DNA from: Lama glama
Lineage: Eukaryota
DNA: 64,000 nt
Direction of reading: 5' to 3'
Assembly: GCA_028534125.1 (NCBI GenBank)
Contig: CM052817.1
Span: 2,046,001 to 2,110,000, forward strand
The position numbers were made by a program, and so were the translations under genes. Shown piece after piece: positions 32,926 through 43,700 of the stretch. Positions within the stretch are counted from its first letter, which is position 1, and the number at the start of each line of letters is the position of its first letter. The notes under the pieces are model-generated. The model had not been told where the DNA came from, did no database searches, and saw nothing but the letters and a program-made list of their open reading frames with translations.

Positions 32926-34704
32926 CTTAGTAGAGAGGCCTGGAGCCCACCCAGGGGCCGGAAGATCGCCCAGCCTCTGGGGGGCGGGGGAGGGGTGCTG
33001 TCCATCCTGCAGCGCCTGCATTTTCGGGGCTGGTGCGGGAGCAGGTGCAGCTGCCGAGCGTGGCAGGAGCCGGGGTAGGGCCAGCAGTCACTCGGGAATG
33101 CAGCAGGGCACTGCCTCTCCCTGCAGGGCTGACCAAGTGCCAGGCGCCCGGGGCAGCAGATGTGTTGGTGGCCACAGCCCCCAGCCGCCGCTCGGCTCCA
33201 CGCCGGCTGTCCTGGGCCAGCCCCTGGGGGCCTGAGATGTGTGGGGAGCATGAATGGGGCTCTGTGGCCAGGCAACTGCTCAGAGGAAGGCGGCTGCTGG
33301 TGGCGCAGGTGACGCCGGGGGAGGGGGTAGAGGAGGGATCACAGAGCTGCTCCCGGGGGCCCAGCGTGATCCTGTTGTGCGTTTGGCCCTGGCAGGACCC
33401 CAGGGCGTCAGCACCAAGCTTGCTGCCCACCAGGGACCTGTCCTCTCAGATCCCCGGGGACTGTGGGGAGGAGGTGCCCAGGACGGTGGCTCCGCCTGCC
33501 CCCACAGCTCCTTGCCTGGCCCTGGGCACAGCAGCTGTGGGTCAGTTCTGGAGGTTCCCACAGCTCTAAGCGTTGGTTCCTGCTCTGTGAGAAGCAAGAT
33601 CAGGACCAGATGGAGACACACACATGCCCGACCAGGGTTTCTGGGGAGCAGGACCCCGCTTAGCCCTCCCCTCTCCTCCCAGCCGCAGAGTCAGCCCCGT
33701 GAGGGTGGCTCTCAAGTGGGGTGCGTCACTTCTCCCCGCTTTCCTCATCTTGTTGGGCTCCCTGAAGGAGTGAGTGTTGGAAGCTGTCTTAGAGACGGCG
33801 GCTGAAGTCCGAGATGTGTACCTGCTGGGTCCCCCAAACCACCTGGGCTCCAAAAGAATCCAGGCAGCTGGGCTGGAGCTACAAGGAGGAGCTGGGGAGG
33901 CCCAGAAGCTCAGCGCCCCCACTCCAGCCCTGCTCCGGGGGCTCCGGTGGGACCTTTACAGAGCAGCCATCCTCACTTGGAGGGTCAGCTAGCGCTCAGC
34001 CCTGGAGGGAGGGGCATCAGACACGGAGACGCAGGCACCATGGTGTGCAGGGGTCCTGGGTCCCATTCTCCACCCAGCAGCAACCTGCACTGGGGCCCCT
34101 GCTTCCAAGGGACATGAGTGGACCCCCCTCCAGCACCCTACCTGGGGAGGGGGGTGTCTGGGGGGAGAGGAGGTGGGGGAGGGGCTGGGGGTCGGCAGGG
34201 TCCGGCCAGGGTCGGATCGCCATCAGTCTGTTGTCAGTGGTGTCTGACAGACAGCTCAGGGGTGGTGGGAGGGACAGGTGCCAGAGGGTGAAACCAACTT
34301 GGCTGCAGACACGCTTTGAAGTTGGGACGCGCCCCCACACGGATGCCCTCAGTTTCCGTCGGTTGTTTCCTTCGCGTTTGGGAGGGAAGCACCTGCCCCC
34401 ACGACCTCCCGGCCACTGGGACGAGCAGTGCCGGCGCCCCAGGCTGTGCTTTGCCCGTGGCGGGGTGGGATGGGCGGTGGGGAGGCTCAGGTGGCCCCAG
34501 GTGCCGCCGCGCCCGCCGCCGGGGCGGGGCGCCGGGCGGGGAGGGACGGGCGGGCGCGCACCTCGGCTCCGCCCGCGCGCCGCCGCGCCCGCCCCGCGGC
34601 CCAGCCCAGGGCCCTCCCGGAGCTATTTTGAAAGTGACCCTAGGCCGGGTGGCCGCGGGGCGGCGGGGAGAGGCGCGGCGGGCGCGCGGGCACCATGACA
34701 GAAG

Positions 34705-34758
34705 ATGACCGAGGCGGCGCTGGTGGAGGGCCAGGTCAAGCTGCGGGACGGCAAGAAG
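34705..34758 (+). CDS. DOK7: DOK7 exon 1 CDS (MTEAALVEGQVKLRDGKK)
   Basis: AAG|gtcggg donor. Confidence 0.96.
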
Positions 34759-37700
34759 GTCGGGGCGCGCGGCGGGCGCGGGGCGGGCGCGGGGCGCGGG
34801 CGGCCGCTCACGCTCCCTCTGTCCCCGCAGTGGAAGAGTAGGTGGCTGGTGCTGCGCAAGCCGTCGCCGGTGGCAGGTGAGAGGGCGCGGGGCGCGGCGC
34901 GGACGCGGCGCATGGGGTGCGGGGCGCGGGCGCCGGTGGCCTCCTGCGCCCAGCCCGCCCGGAGCGCGGCCAGCTCGCTCGAAATAGCCGGCGGCGCCGG
35001 GGCCGAGGGCTGTAACCGGAGAGCGCTCCGGCCTCGGCCTGTGCCTGCCCGGGACGCCGGGAGGTAGGACCCTCCTGCACCCTCATCAGCCAGGGAGCGG
35101 TCATTTCAGACCCGCATCCCCGGGCAGGGACCCCCTTTGCAGAAGGGCAGACTGAGGCCGGAAGGGGCTTGGAGGGGCCCGTGGAGGCCGGAGGGCCAAA
35201 AGAACAGAAGACCGTTCTGGCCCCCTCCCCCATCACGCAGCAGGGAGCACCGTAGAAAGTTGGGGCTCCCTGCGCTTGCAAGGACTGAGCTGTGTCATTG
35301 AATCCAAGTCAGGATGGGTGTTCCAGGCGGTGTGGATCCCAGATGGAGCTGAGGCTGGGTGGCCAGGTAGGAACAGAGTGTTGCTCCTGTGCCTAAGAAA
35401 AGTGAACTCCATTTCATGTCGGGGGATGGGTCCTGGGAGGAGAGGATGGCCCCAGCCCACTTCCCTGACCAGAGCCAGTGCCCCCAGCTGGGAGGAGGCG
35501 GCAGGGAGCCTGGCGCTGGGCATCTGTAGCCGCAGTGAGCGGTGCGGGCGCAGCTGGGAGGCTCTGGGCTGCGTGGCTGCAGCTGCTTCAGGAGACAGGT
35601 GCCCTGGAGCCGGCCCAGGCACCCAGGGGTCTGTGTGGGACGCTGGGGGTGTGAGTGCACGCTGCCTCACAAGTGCGGGCTGCTAGAGAGTCCTCCAGGG
35701 TGCCCGGGATGTATGTCATTTCCCAGGGAGGCTGTTGTGGGGGGCCCCTGCCTGTGCCCCTCCGGGCTCCCCTCCTCCATCCCTTCTGCTGAGCTGCCAC
35801 CTTGAGGTGGCAATACAAGGGCCTGCTTTGGGCCTCGGACACACTCACCTCCTGCCTTGGCCTCAGCTTCCCCTCCAGGGTGGCCTGGGCTCCATGCACC
35901 CTTCATTCAGCTGGTCAGTCTTTCACGCCCAGACTCCGTGCCAGGTGCCATGGGGTCCTAGTCCTGGGGAGCTCCAGGGAGGCCTGGTAGGGGAGCGGCA
36001 GGGGCTGTGGGGACAGAGGGGGCTGTGGCAGGCAGGGAGTGGAGGCGCTGGCCAGGCTGAGGGTGGAGACGGAGGTGTGGAGAAGGCCCATGCTGATCCA
36101 AGAGGCTGTGGCCAGCTGCTGCTGGAAACGAGGCATGGCTGCTGGCTGGGGTTGCTTGGTAGGGTGGTGGTGAGGCGGAGCCTGTGCAGGCCTCTGGGAC
36201 AGGTGCCCCACCGGAAGACCAGCCCCAGGGTGTCCTTTGTCCCTCTTGGTGGGACTGAGTAGTGATTTGCAGCCCCCGTGGTGGATTTCATGCCAGTATC
36301 CGGAAGAGCTGGTTGAGAGGCAAGCTCTGTCCAGCCCTGTAGGACACCTGTGGGGGTGGGGGGCCTCCTGCACTGCGGGAGTTGGCAGTGGGTCGTCAGT
36401 GCCTTAGCTCTGAGTCTGTCAGTGGACTTAGCGGTCAGCAAGCCTTTGCTGGGTCTTCCCACGCTGTCTGACCCCAGAGCGCCCCGGGATCCCAGGGAAA
36501 GACGAGTCTCCTCTCCAAGGGCTGGGTTTGAGGGGAGGCAGAGGGGGAGGATCTTGCCCTGGGGCTGGGACGGAGGGAACTGGGGTAGTGGAAGGTACAC
36601 GTGGTTCCTCTGGGTGGACGTCTGCTCTGAGCCTGGCAGCTAACGTCCTTGTCCCCAGTGTCTCCGGTCGCCCACTGCCGGTGATGGTGATCTTAGCAGC
36701 ACCTCCTTTGTCCTCATGCTGCGCGAGGACTGCGGTCAGGCGGTCATCGTCTTCCAGGTGCTTGGCTGGAGGGAGCTCCAAAGTCTCACGCCCTGCTCTC
36801 ACCAGCCCTCCCTCGCCCTCCAGCCCTGTGCTGGCGGCTGTGGTCCTGGGGGCCGTCAGCCCCTCCCCCCGCCAGGAGTCCTGACACCCCTCGCTCTCCC
36901 CTCCCTGGGCCTTAGCTGATGAGCCGCCCCACCCGGAGCGCATCGGGGGCCTGGATATGAGGGGTGCGGCAACTTGTCCCGAAGACCGGCTCTCTTGGGT
37001 AGACTCGGGTTGAGGGGGCAAGTCCTCGTACCTGGGGGCCTCGCAACTAAGACCCCGGGTCCTGGGTGCAGTACAGAAGGGGCCTGTGGAGGAGAAAGGA
37101 GGGGCCGCTCTGCCTTCTTGTCAGGAAGAATCCAGGACTTTGTTTTTAAACATTGCTTCCACCCCAGGAGTGCCCACAAGGGGCAGCTCGGAGGGATGCC
37201 CGAGGCTGCGGGCAGGTGGGGGGCACAGGGGGCCCCTTGGCTTTCAGGGTTTTTTCTTGTTTGCGCTTTTCTTGACCAGAACCACTTACTCTTCTTATAA
37301 CAAAGTTTAGTGAAAGGAAAGGAAACTCCTCTTTCATGAAAATGAGTGACTGTCTTTATAAAAGGCAGTAACGCTTCAGTGCGGTTGTGCCCCTGGTGGA
37401 GGTGGGGTCTCCACCTCTGTCCTGGCCCAGGAATTCTTGTCTGGGTCCCTTCTCTGGGCCAGGCCCCCTGGGAGGAGGGAGGCCTGAGCCCACCCCTGGG
37501 GACCCAGGGCGGCCTCGCTCTTCCTCCCCAAGTTGAGGCTAAGTATTAGTGGGAAGAGGCATCGTGCATGGCTGGCCTGTGGAGGGGGCGGCCCACAGGG
37601 GAGGCACCTAGAGGGTCCCGAGCAGCCAGGGTGGCTCCTGGCACACTGAGCTCCAAGGACCCTGCCTCACCACTTCCCGTGTGGACCACCAGGGCTTGAT

Positions 37701-40700
37701 TCAGCCTAGAAAAGCCGCCAGGAGGGAGCCTGAGCCCTGGAGCGGGCAGAACCTTTGGGTCATTCTAGGCAGAGGGGCTGAGACTTGGAGACCCAAGGAG
37801 CCTGGCCCAAGAATGGTTAGGTGTTGCCTCCTGCCTTCAGCCTGCACTGCTCCTTGGCTACCTGGAAAGTCAACACCTGACCCCACCACTGATGGTGAGG
37901 TGTTAATTCAGGTCCCCCCGCCCCCATCCCTGCTCTCAGACCTGGTGCTGAGTTCCTGGAGGGCAGGGTCCTCGACTCAGTGTCACTGTCACAGGCAGGA
38001 TGGCAGGGGCTGGGATTGCCAGATGAGGTGCTGTGGACCCAGCCACTCAGGGCATCACCCAGGCCGAGCAAGCTTGCAGGGGCCTTGGGGCGCGTGCCCT
38101 ATAGGCCACACCAGCTGTCCCACTGGCCTGTGCTGGCCCCTTTCCCACACAGCGGCAGCTCTGCTAAGGTGGGCACATTCCAACGGGGACAGGGGTCCCA
38201 GCGGGTGGTGATGGGGAGGGTCCCTTCTCCGGTCCCACCTCCTGGCTTGGGATCATCTATGTCCCGTGGGAATGGGCCTGACATCTCAGTCCTGGCTGGG
38301 CAGGAAGCCCAAGGACAGGGTATGGGCGGTGGCCAGCCCTCCTGGCCTTATGGGGACCTCGCCAAAGGGCCAGGGCCTCCTACAGCCCCTGGTTCCAGGC
38401 TGCGAATCAGAACACCTGGGCTGAGCTCTTGCCTCTGCTTGTGCTGGTTGTGTGGCCTGCATGGGTCCTCACTGGGCCCTGGAGATGGTCCCTGTGGAGG
38501 GTGGATGGACGGTGGGTGGGTGGTGGGCGGGTGGGGAGGGGCCCGGGACACTGTCTGCAGCGCTGATGCCCATGCCCTGGGGCAGCCTGCCCCTGCTTCC
38601 TCCCTGAATTGTATCCTAAACGGGCCTGGGCCTCTGGGTCAGAAGGGTCCCTCCTGACTTTGGCCTGAGGCACCAGCAGCTCTGCCGGTCAGCAGCCCCC
38701 ACCCCAGTGCCCAGGGCTACCCCCAGGCTGCTGCCCCACTGCAGGGTCCCCTCAGGCTCCTGCCCTGCTGCTCTGCTGCTCTGCTGAAGGCACCACCCCA
38801 AGGTCACTGTGACCTCTGAGGGCTAAATCCAGCAACCGCTCCTCTGGCTGCGTCCCATGGGTAGGCATTAACCTCCATCTCCTCTCCCAGCTCCGCATCC
38901 TCTCTGCCGGCCCCCTGCCTCCTACAGGGCCCAGAGATTTCCTTTCCTCAGCCGCCTTCCCCAGGCTTTCAGCCCTGGGCTGTAAACGCCTCTGAATGCC
39001 CATGACTCCACAGTTATTTTTACATCTTCAGACGCGTGTGTCCAGCTGCCGGCGTGCACGCCGCCTGGTGTCCGAAGGGCCTCTTGGCTTATGTGTCCAG
39101 GACAGAACGCCACCCCCCACCCCCACCCCCGCATCCCCTCCCCAGGCGTCCCCCCCAGTCCAGCATCATCCTCTTTCTTTCTCTCCCCCATTCATGTGCC
39201 TGCCAAGAGGTCCTGGGAGTTAGTGCTGCCCCTGGCAGAAGAAAGGCCCCTCGGGGCTGTCACCATGGTTCCAGAAGAGCCTCGCCTCGGGCCCCCTTTC
39301 CTCTGCCCAGCCTTGGCCAAAAGCGCCGCTCGCCTGGACAGCTGCAGGAGCCTGGAGCTTTGCTGTCACCCTGTGTTGGTTCTCCTCACGCAGCCAGGCT
39401 GGGTCCTCTGTTGCTTGCAGCTCCCAGGGCCCCCTGGTGGGCCGGGACGAGGCTCTCGGCCTGGCTTGGCAGGCTCACCTGGCTGGACCGCTCTTCCCCT
39501 GCCCCTCCTGCTGGCCCTGCCCACCGGGTCCCTGGCCTGAAGTTTTGCACTGGCTGTTCCCTCTAGCATGATGCTGTTTCCTGCGGTGCTGACCCTTACA
39601 TCACTCGGGAGTCCACTGTCCCTGCTGGCAGAGTCTCTGACCCCTGTGCTCAGGGCCCCCAGCAGCCGTTTTCATCGAAGTCCTGTTCTGGTCCCCTGAA
39701 TGGCACTTGCTCATAGTTTTCTTCTTTATCAACATTTTTCGGAGTTTGGCTGTTTCACCCCCTCGGTGTCAGCTCCACAGGAGATGGGCTCTGTCTCCTG
39801 GGTCCCCGGGCTGCTCGTGAGCAGAATGAAGTGGGCTGAGTGCTGTAGGGGAGGCTGGGAGGAGAGGGAGGTGGGCTCCTAGGGGCCTCAGTGGGGGTCT
39901 TCCAGTGGCCCTTTCAATGAGCAGGACCCTGTGTGGGATGACGGGGTGCCAGAGAGTTTGCCTTGTCCTGCACCTAAGCACCCGCGCTCAATGCGGGCGG
40001 GCGGAGGTCACTGGAGGGCGGGGGGGGGCAACCCCCAGGCGGGTGTGCGTGGCCCAAAGTGTGCTCTCCCTGGTGTTTATGATGATGGGGACTGTCCCAG
40101 GCCCCAGGCCGAGGTCCCTGCTCCTCCCACTCTGCACGTGGGTGTGTGGTGTCTCCGAGGGCCTCTGTGTGCCAGGCTGGGGCAGTGTTAGCGCCTCCAC
40201 TCCGTGCGGTGGGTGGCGTCCATTTCTCAGACGGAGAGTGGAGGCTCCAAGATCTGAGGGATGGGTCCCCAGTCCCAGACGAGGGTTCAGGCCGTGGCAC
40301 CTGTGCACAGGGACGCAGAGTGTGTGTGAGTGTATGTGCAAGGGCATACGTGTGTGCACGTGCGTGTGAGCACATACACGCGTGAGCAAGCGAGTGGATG
40401 TTTGTGTGAGCGTACGTGAGTGTGTGATGGTGCGCGTGCCTGTGCGGGCCCCCTTGGTCCTCACTGCTTGGGTTTGCATCTTCGGCACTTCTGTCATCAC
40501 GCCATCTGTGCCTCCTCTCACCATGACGGCCCGGTCCCCTCCATCCTGGTGGCGAGCTGCCCTAGTGCAGGCCTCCCTCCAGGCCCTGTGGGCGGCTTCA
40601 TCTCCTCATCTCCTGCCACGGGAGTCAGGACGGCCCCGGGCCAGGCTGTGCCCCTTCAGCCCCACGCTTTGGCTGGGTGCTGCTGGGAGCCGGGGGTTCG

Positions 40701-43700
40701 GGGCCCACGTGGCCTGGTGTGGGGAGGAAGAAGCCATCTGAGTAGGGGGCCCAGGGTGCGGGGCGGGAAGGCCACTGGTGCCTCCTCAGCTGCTGACCAG
40801 GCCTCACAGTGGTGGGTGCCCCGAGGATGCTCCCAGTGTGGTCCCTGGCTGAGCTGGCCAGCCACGCAGGCTCTCATGCTCCTCTGGCTGGCGTGTCGGC
40901 AGGAAGGGCCGGTGGTGGCGCCGTCTCCCCAGGCCCGGCCCTGCTGTGTCTCAGGCCCCGGACAGAGAATTTCTGCTTCTCTGGTGCTTGCTCCTGCAGC
41001 GGCTTGTGCCGAACAGCGTCCCCCACAGAATGGGTTTTAAAAATAGGATCAATCTGTGGCCCGAGGTGATGGGGAGGGGAGAAAGCTCGGAGCAGCTGCC
41101 CGTCCCAGGGCCCCACTGGGTCCCACACTTGCCGCGCCCCACCCAGCCCCCTCCCGTGAACTGGGTTCCACCTCAGCTAATGGAGCCCACAGTGGGGGCC
41201 GAGCGGCCCCGAGTCTGACGGTGGGCGTCAGCTGTGGCTCTGGGCGGCTCCCACCAAGCAGAAGGCGGGAGCACATCCCGCGGCCTTGTCCCTCACCCTG
41301 TTCTGTTCATGTTTAAAAATGAGATCAGTGACGGAGCTGTGGTGACGAATTACCACCGACTGGGGGGCTTCAAGCAACGCAGACGTGCTCACTCACAGTC
41401 CTGGGGGCTGGAGGTCTGAAACCGCGGCGGCGGCAGCGCTGAGCTCCTCCCGCCTCTCACTCCAGCCTCCTCCGCCTGCGGCTCGTCTGCCTGCGCCTCG
41501 GCTTCCCGCAGCCTCTCCTCTGTGTCTGTGTCGCTCACAGACGCTCATCTCTAGGTTTAGGGCCCACGTGGATGATCGGGGTGACCGCTTTGAGAGCCTT
41601 AACTTGATCACACCTGCAAAGACCCTTTCTCCAAATCAGGTCCTGTTTGCAGGTTCTGGGGGTCACCGCAGGTGGACGAAGGTGTGCACTGATTCTCAGA
41701 CCTCCTTCAGGAGTGGGACAGGAGCTGCATTTCGGATAGAGCCAGGACTCAGAAAGGCTGGGCGGGCCAGGAGCAGGGTCTCGGGGACAGATGCTGGCGT
41801 TTGCACGGAGTCTCACACAAACCAGCCTGCAGTGCAGGCGTCCAGGGCGGCAGGACCCGCTTGGCAGCAGGAGGCGGCCAGAAGGTGTGAGGGGCTGTGG
41901 GGCAACGCAGGGACTCCCACGGCAAACTTGACTCTAGACCACGAGTTGGCGAAACGGGGCCATGAACCAAATCCAGCTGGCTGCTCGTTTCTGAAATAAA
42001 GTTTTATTAGAACACAGCCCTTGGCTTATGTGTGGCCTGCAGCTGCTGTCGCAGAGTTCGTGGCCCAGGTCTCTGAAAATAGTAATTGTCAGACTCTTTA
42101 CAGAAAGGTTTATTGACCTTGCTGTATTACTGGGAGCATAACTCCTAGAACAAAGGAGGTGACAGTCTTGTTCTGCCTTGCTGGTCCGGCCACAACTAAA
42201 GCGAATGGCCTTTCATGTGACACAAGGTCCTCACCGTCCTTGGTCCCAGGCGATGGGGCTGTCCTTGCTCCAGTAGAAGAGGGTCTGCCGTCCAGAGCTC
42301 CCCTTCCGGGGAGGGGTCGAGGGCAGACAGCAAACAGGAAAACCACTGTGAGCGAGGCCGGCTTCCTCGGAGAAGGGGTGGCGGGAGGTGGTCGGCGGGT
42401 CTGAGGGTAGAGCCTCCGGTGTGTGGGCGGCGGGGCTGTCCCCACGCCTGCGCTCCCTTCCGTGGCTGCCTTGGTGGCCTCCCCTTGAGCGGAGCTTTAC
42501 TGGGGGTCTTTCTGTGCCCACCCCCTTCCCAAGCTGTCGCCTCTTGGGCATCTGGTGACACACTGGGGGACACTTCCGTAACAACACATGCCTTCATGTG
42601 GTCCGTCTGACTTGCTTCTCTCTGGGTCGGGCCACGAATTCCAAAGGGAGCTGCGCTCGAGGGAGAACGTGCTTGGGCGGGCAGGGGGTGTCTCTGGGTC
42701 CCATGTTGTGCTTTCCTTCAAAATGGGAACATCTTGGCTTTTTGCTGATATGAGCATTTCAAGCACTACAGACAAGGTCTCGAATAGGAAGCTCCCCCAT
42801 CACAGTCCTGGATTAGTCAACACGGGTTTGTCAGGACACCGTCACCCAGGCTGGTTCCCACTGTCTGCAGCTGCTCTCACGCCGGCGGCAGAGGCAGGGG
42901 GCCGGGCAGACCGTCCACCCTCCGGCCTTCGCAGGCAGAGGCTGCGAACCCAGGCCTCCGTGTCGCTCAGGCCCCCTCTGGCTCTGGGGACGGGGTGGTG
43001 CTGTGCCTGTGGTTTGTTGGGCCGGGCCGGGCAGGAAACACCACATGTGTGCTCCGTCTGGTGCCAACATGAGTGTTGAGTCAAGTGCGTTTGGGATCTG
43101 GTGGTCGCTTGGGGTGGCGGGACCGCTCTCCAGAGGGTTCAGGTGGGAGCAGCCTCTGCTCCTTCCGTGGCCGTGTCCTGCTGCCCCATCCTCTCCTGCT
43201 CCGGCTTCCATGCAGGGTTCGGGGTTGTGTCACACTTCAGTGTTTAGGTGTTCACATTGGGCCCCCAGACCCCGCACCCTCATCACAGACTGGGAGCTGG
43301 GGCCGGGCGCAGGAGCACTTAGGAGGGACGCATGTCATCTGCTCTACTGCAGTTTGCCAGGGCCACACGGGTGAGCGGGGGGGGGGCAGTGCCACATCTG
43401 GAACTGCATCCCTTCCAAGTGCACTGCGTGTTGCCTCCCGGGTCCCAGGACAGCGACTATGATCGCTGAAGGAGAACGGGAATTTGAGGAGACAGACGTG
43501 GGCACGTCCCCCGCAGCCGGGAGTGAGACCGGGGCCTGCTGCACGGGTCTGGGGGTGGCTCGGGTAGTGTCTGGCAGTGGGACCCAAGGCTCAGTGGCCT
43601 TCTTCCCTGCCCCAGGGCTGGGGTCCAAGTCACACCCTGGAAACCAAGAAACCCAGGAGGCAAAGTGGGTGCAGGTGTGGCGGGAAGCCGCAGTCGCGGG

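Larger units (their letters stand above)
34330..35070. promoter_or_regulatory. DOK7 CpG-island promoter with Sp1 GC boxes (GGGGCGGGGC 34521-34530; GGGCGGGG 34534-34541) and an AT-rich MEF2-like element CTATTTTGAA (34623-34632)
   Basis: Very high CpG density around exons 1-2; motif reading. Confidence 0.85.

Noticed and set aside
41995-42000. AATAAA in DOK7 intron 2 as an intronic poly(A) site
   Set aside because: Part of the MER58 consensus; no terminal-exon evidence.
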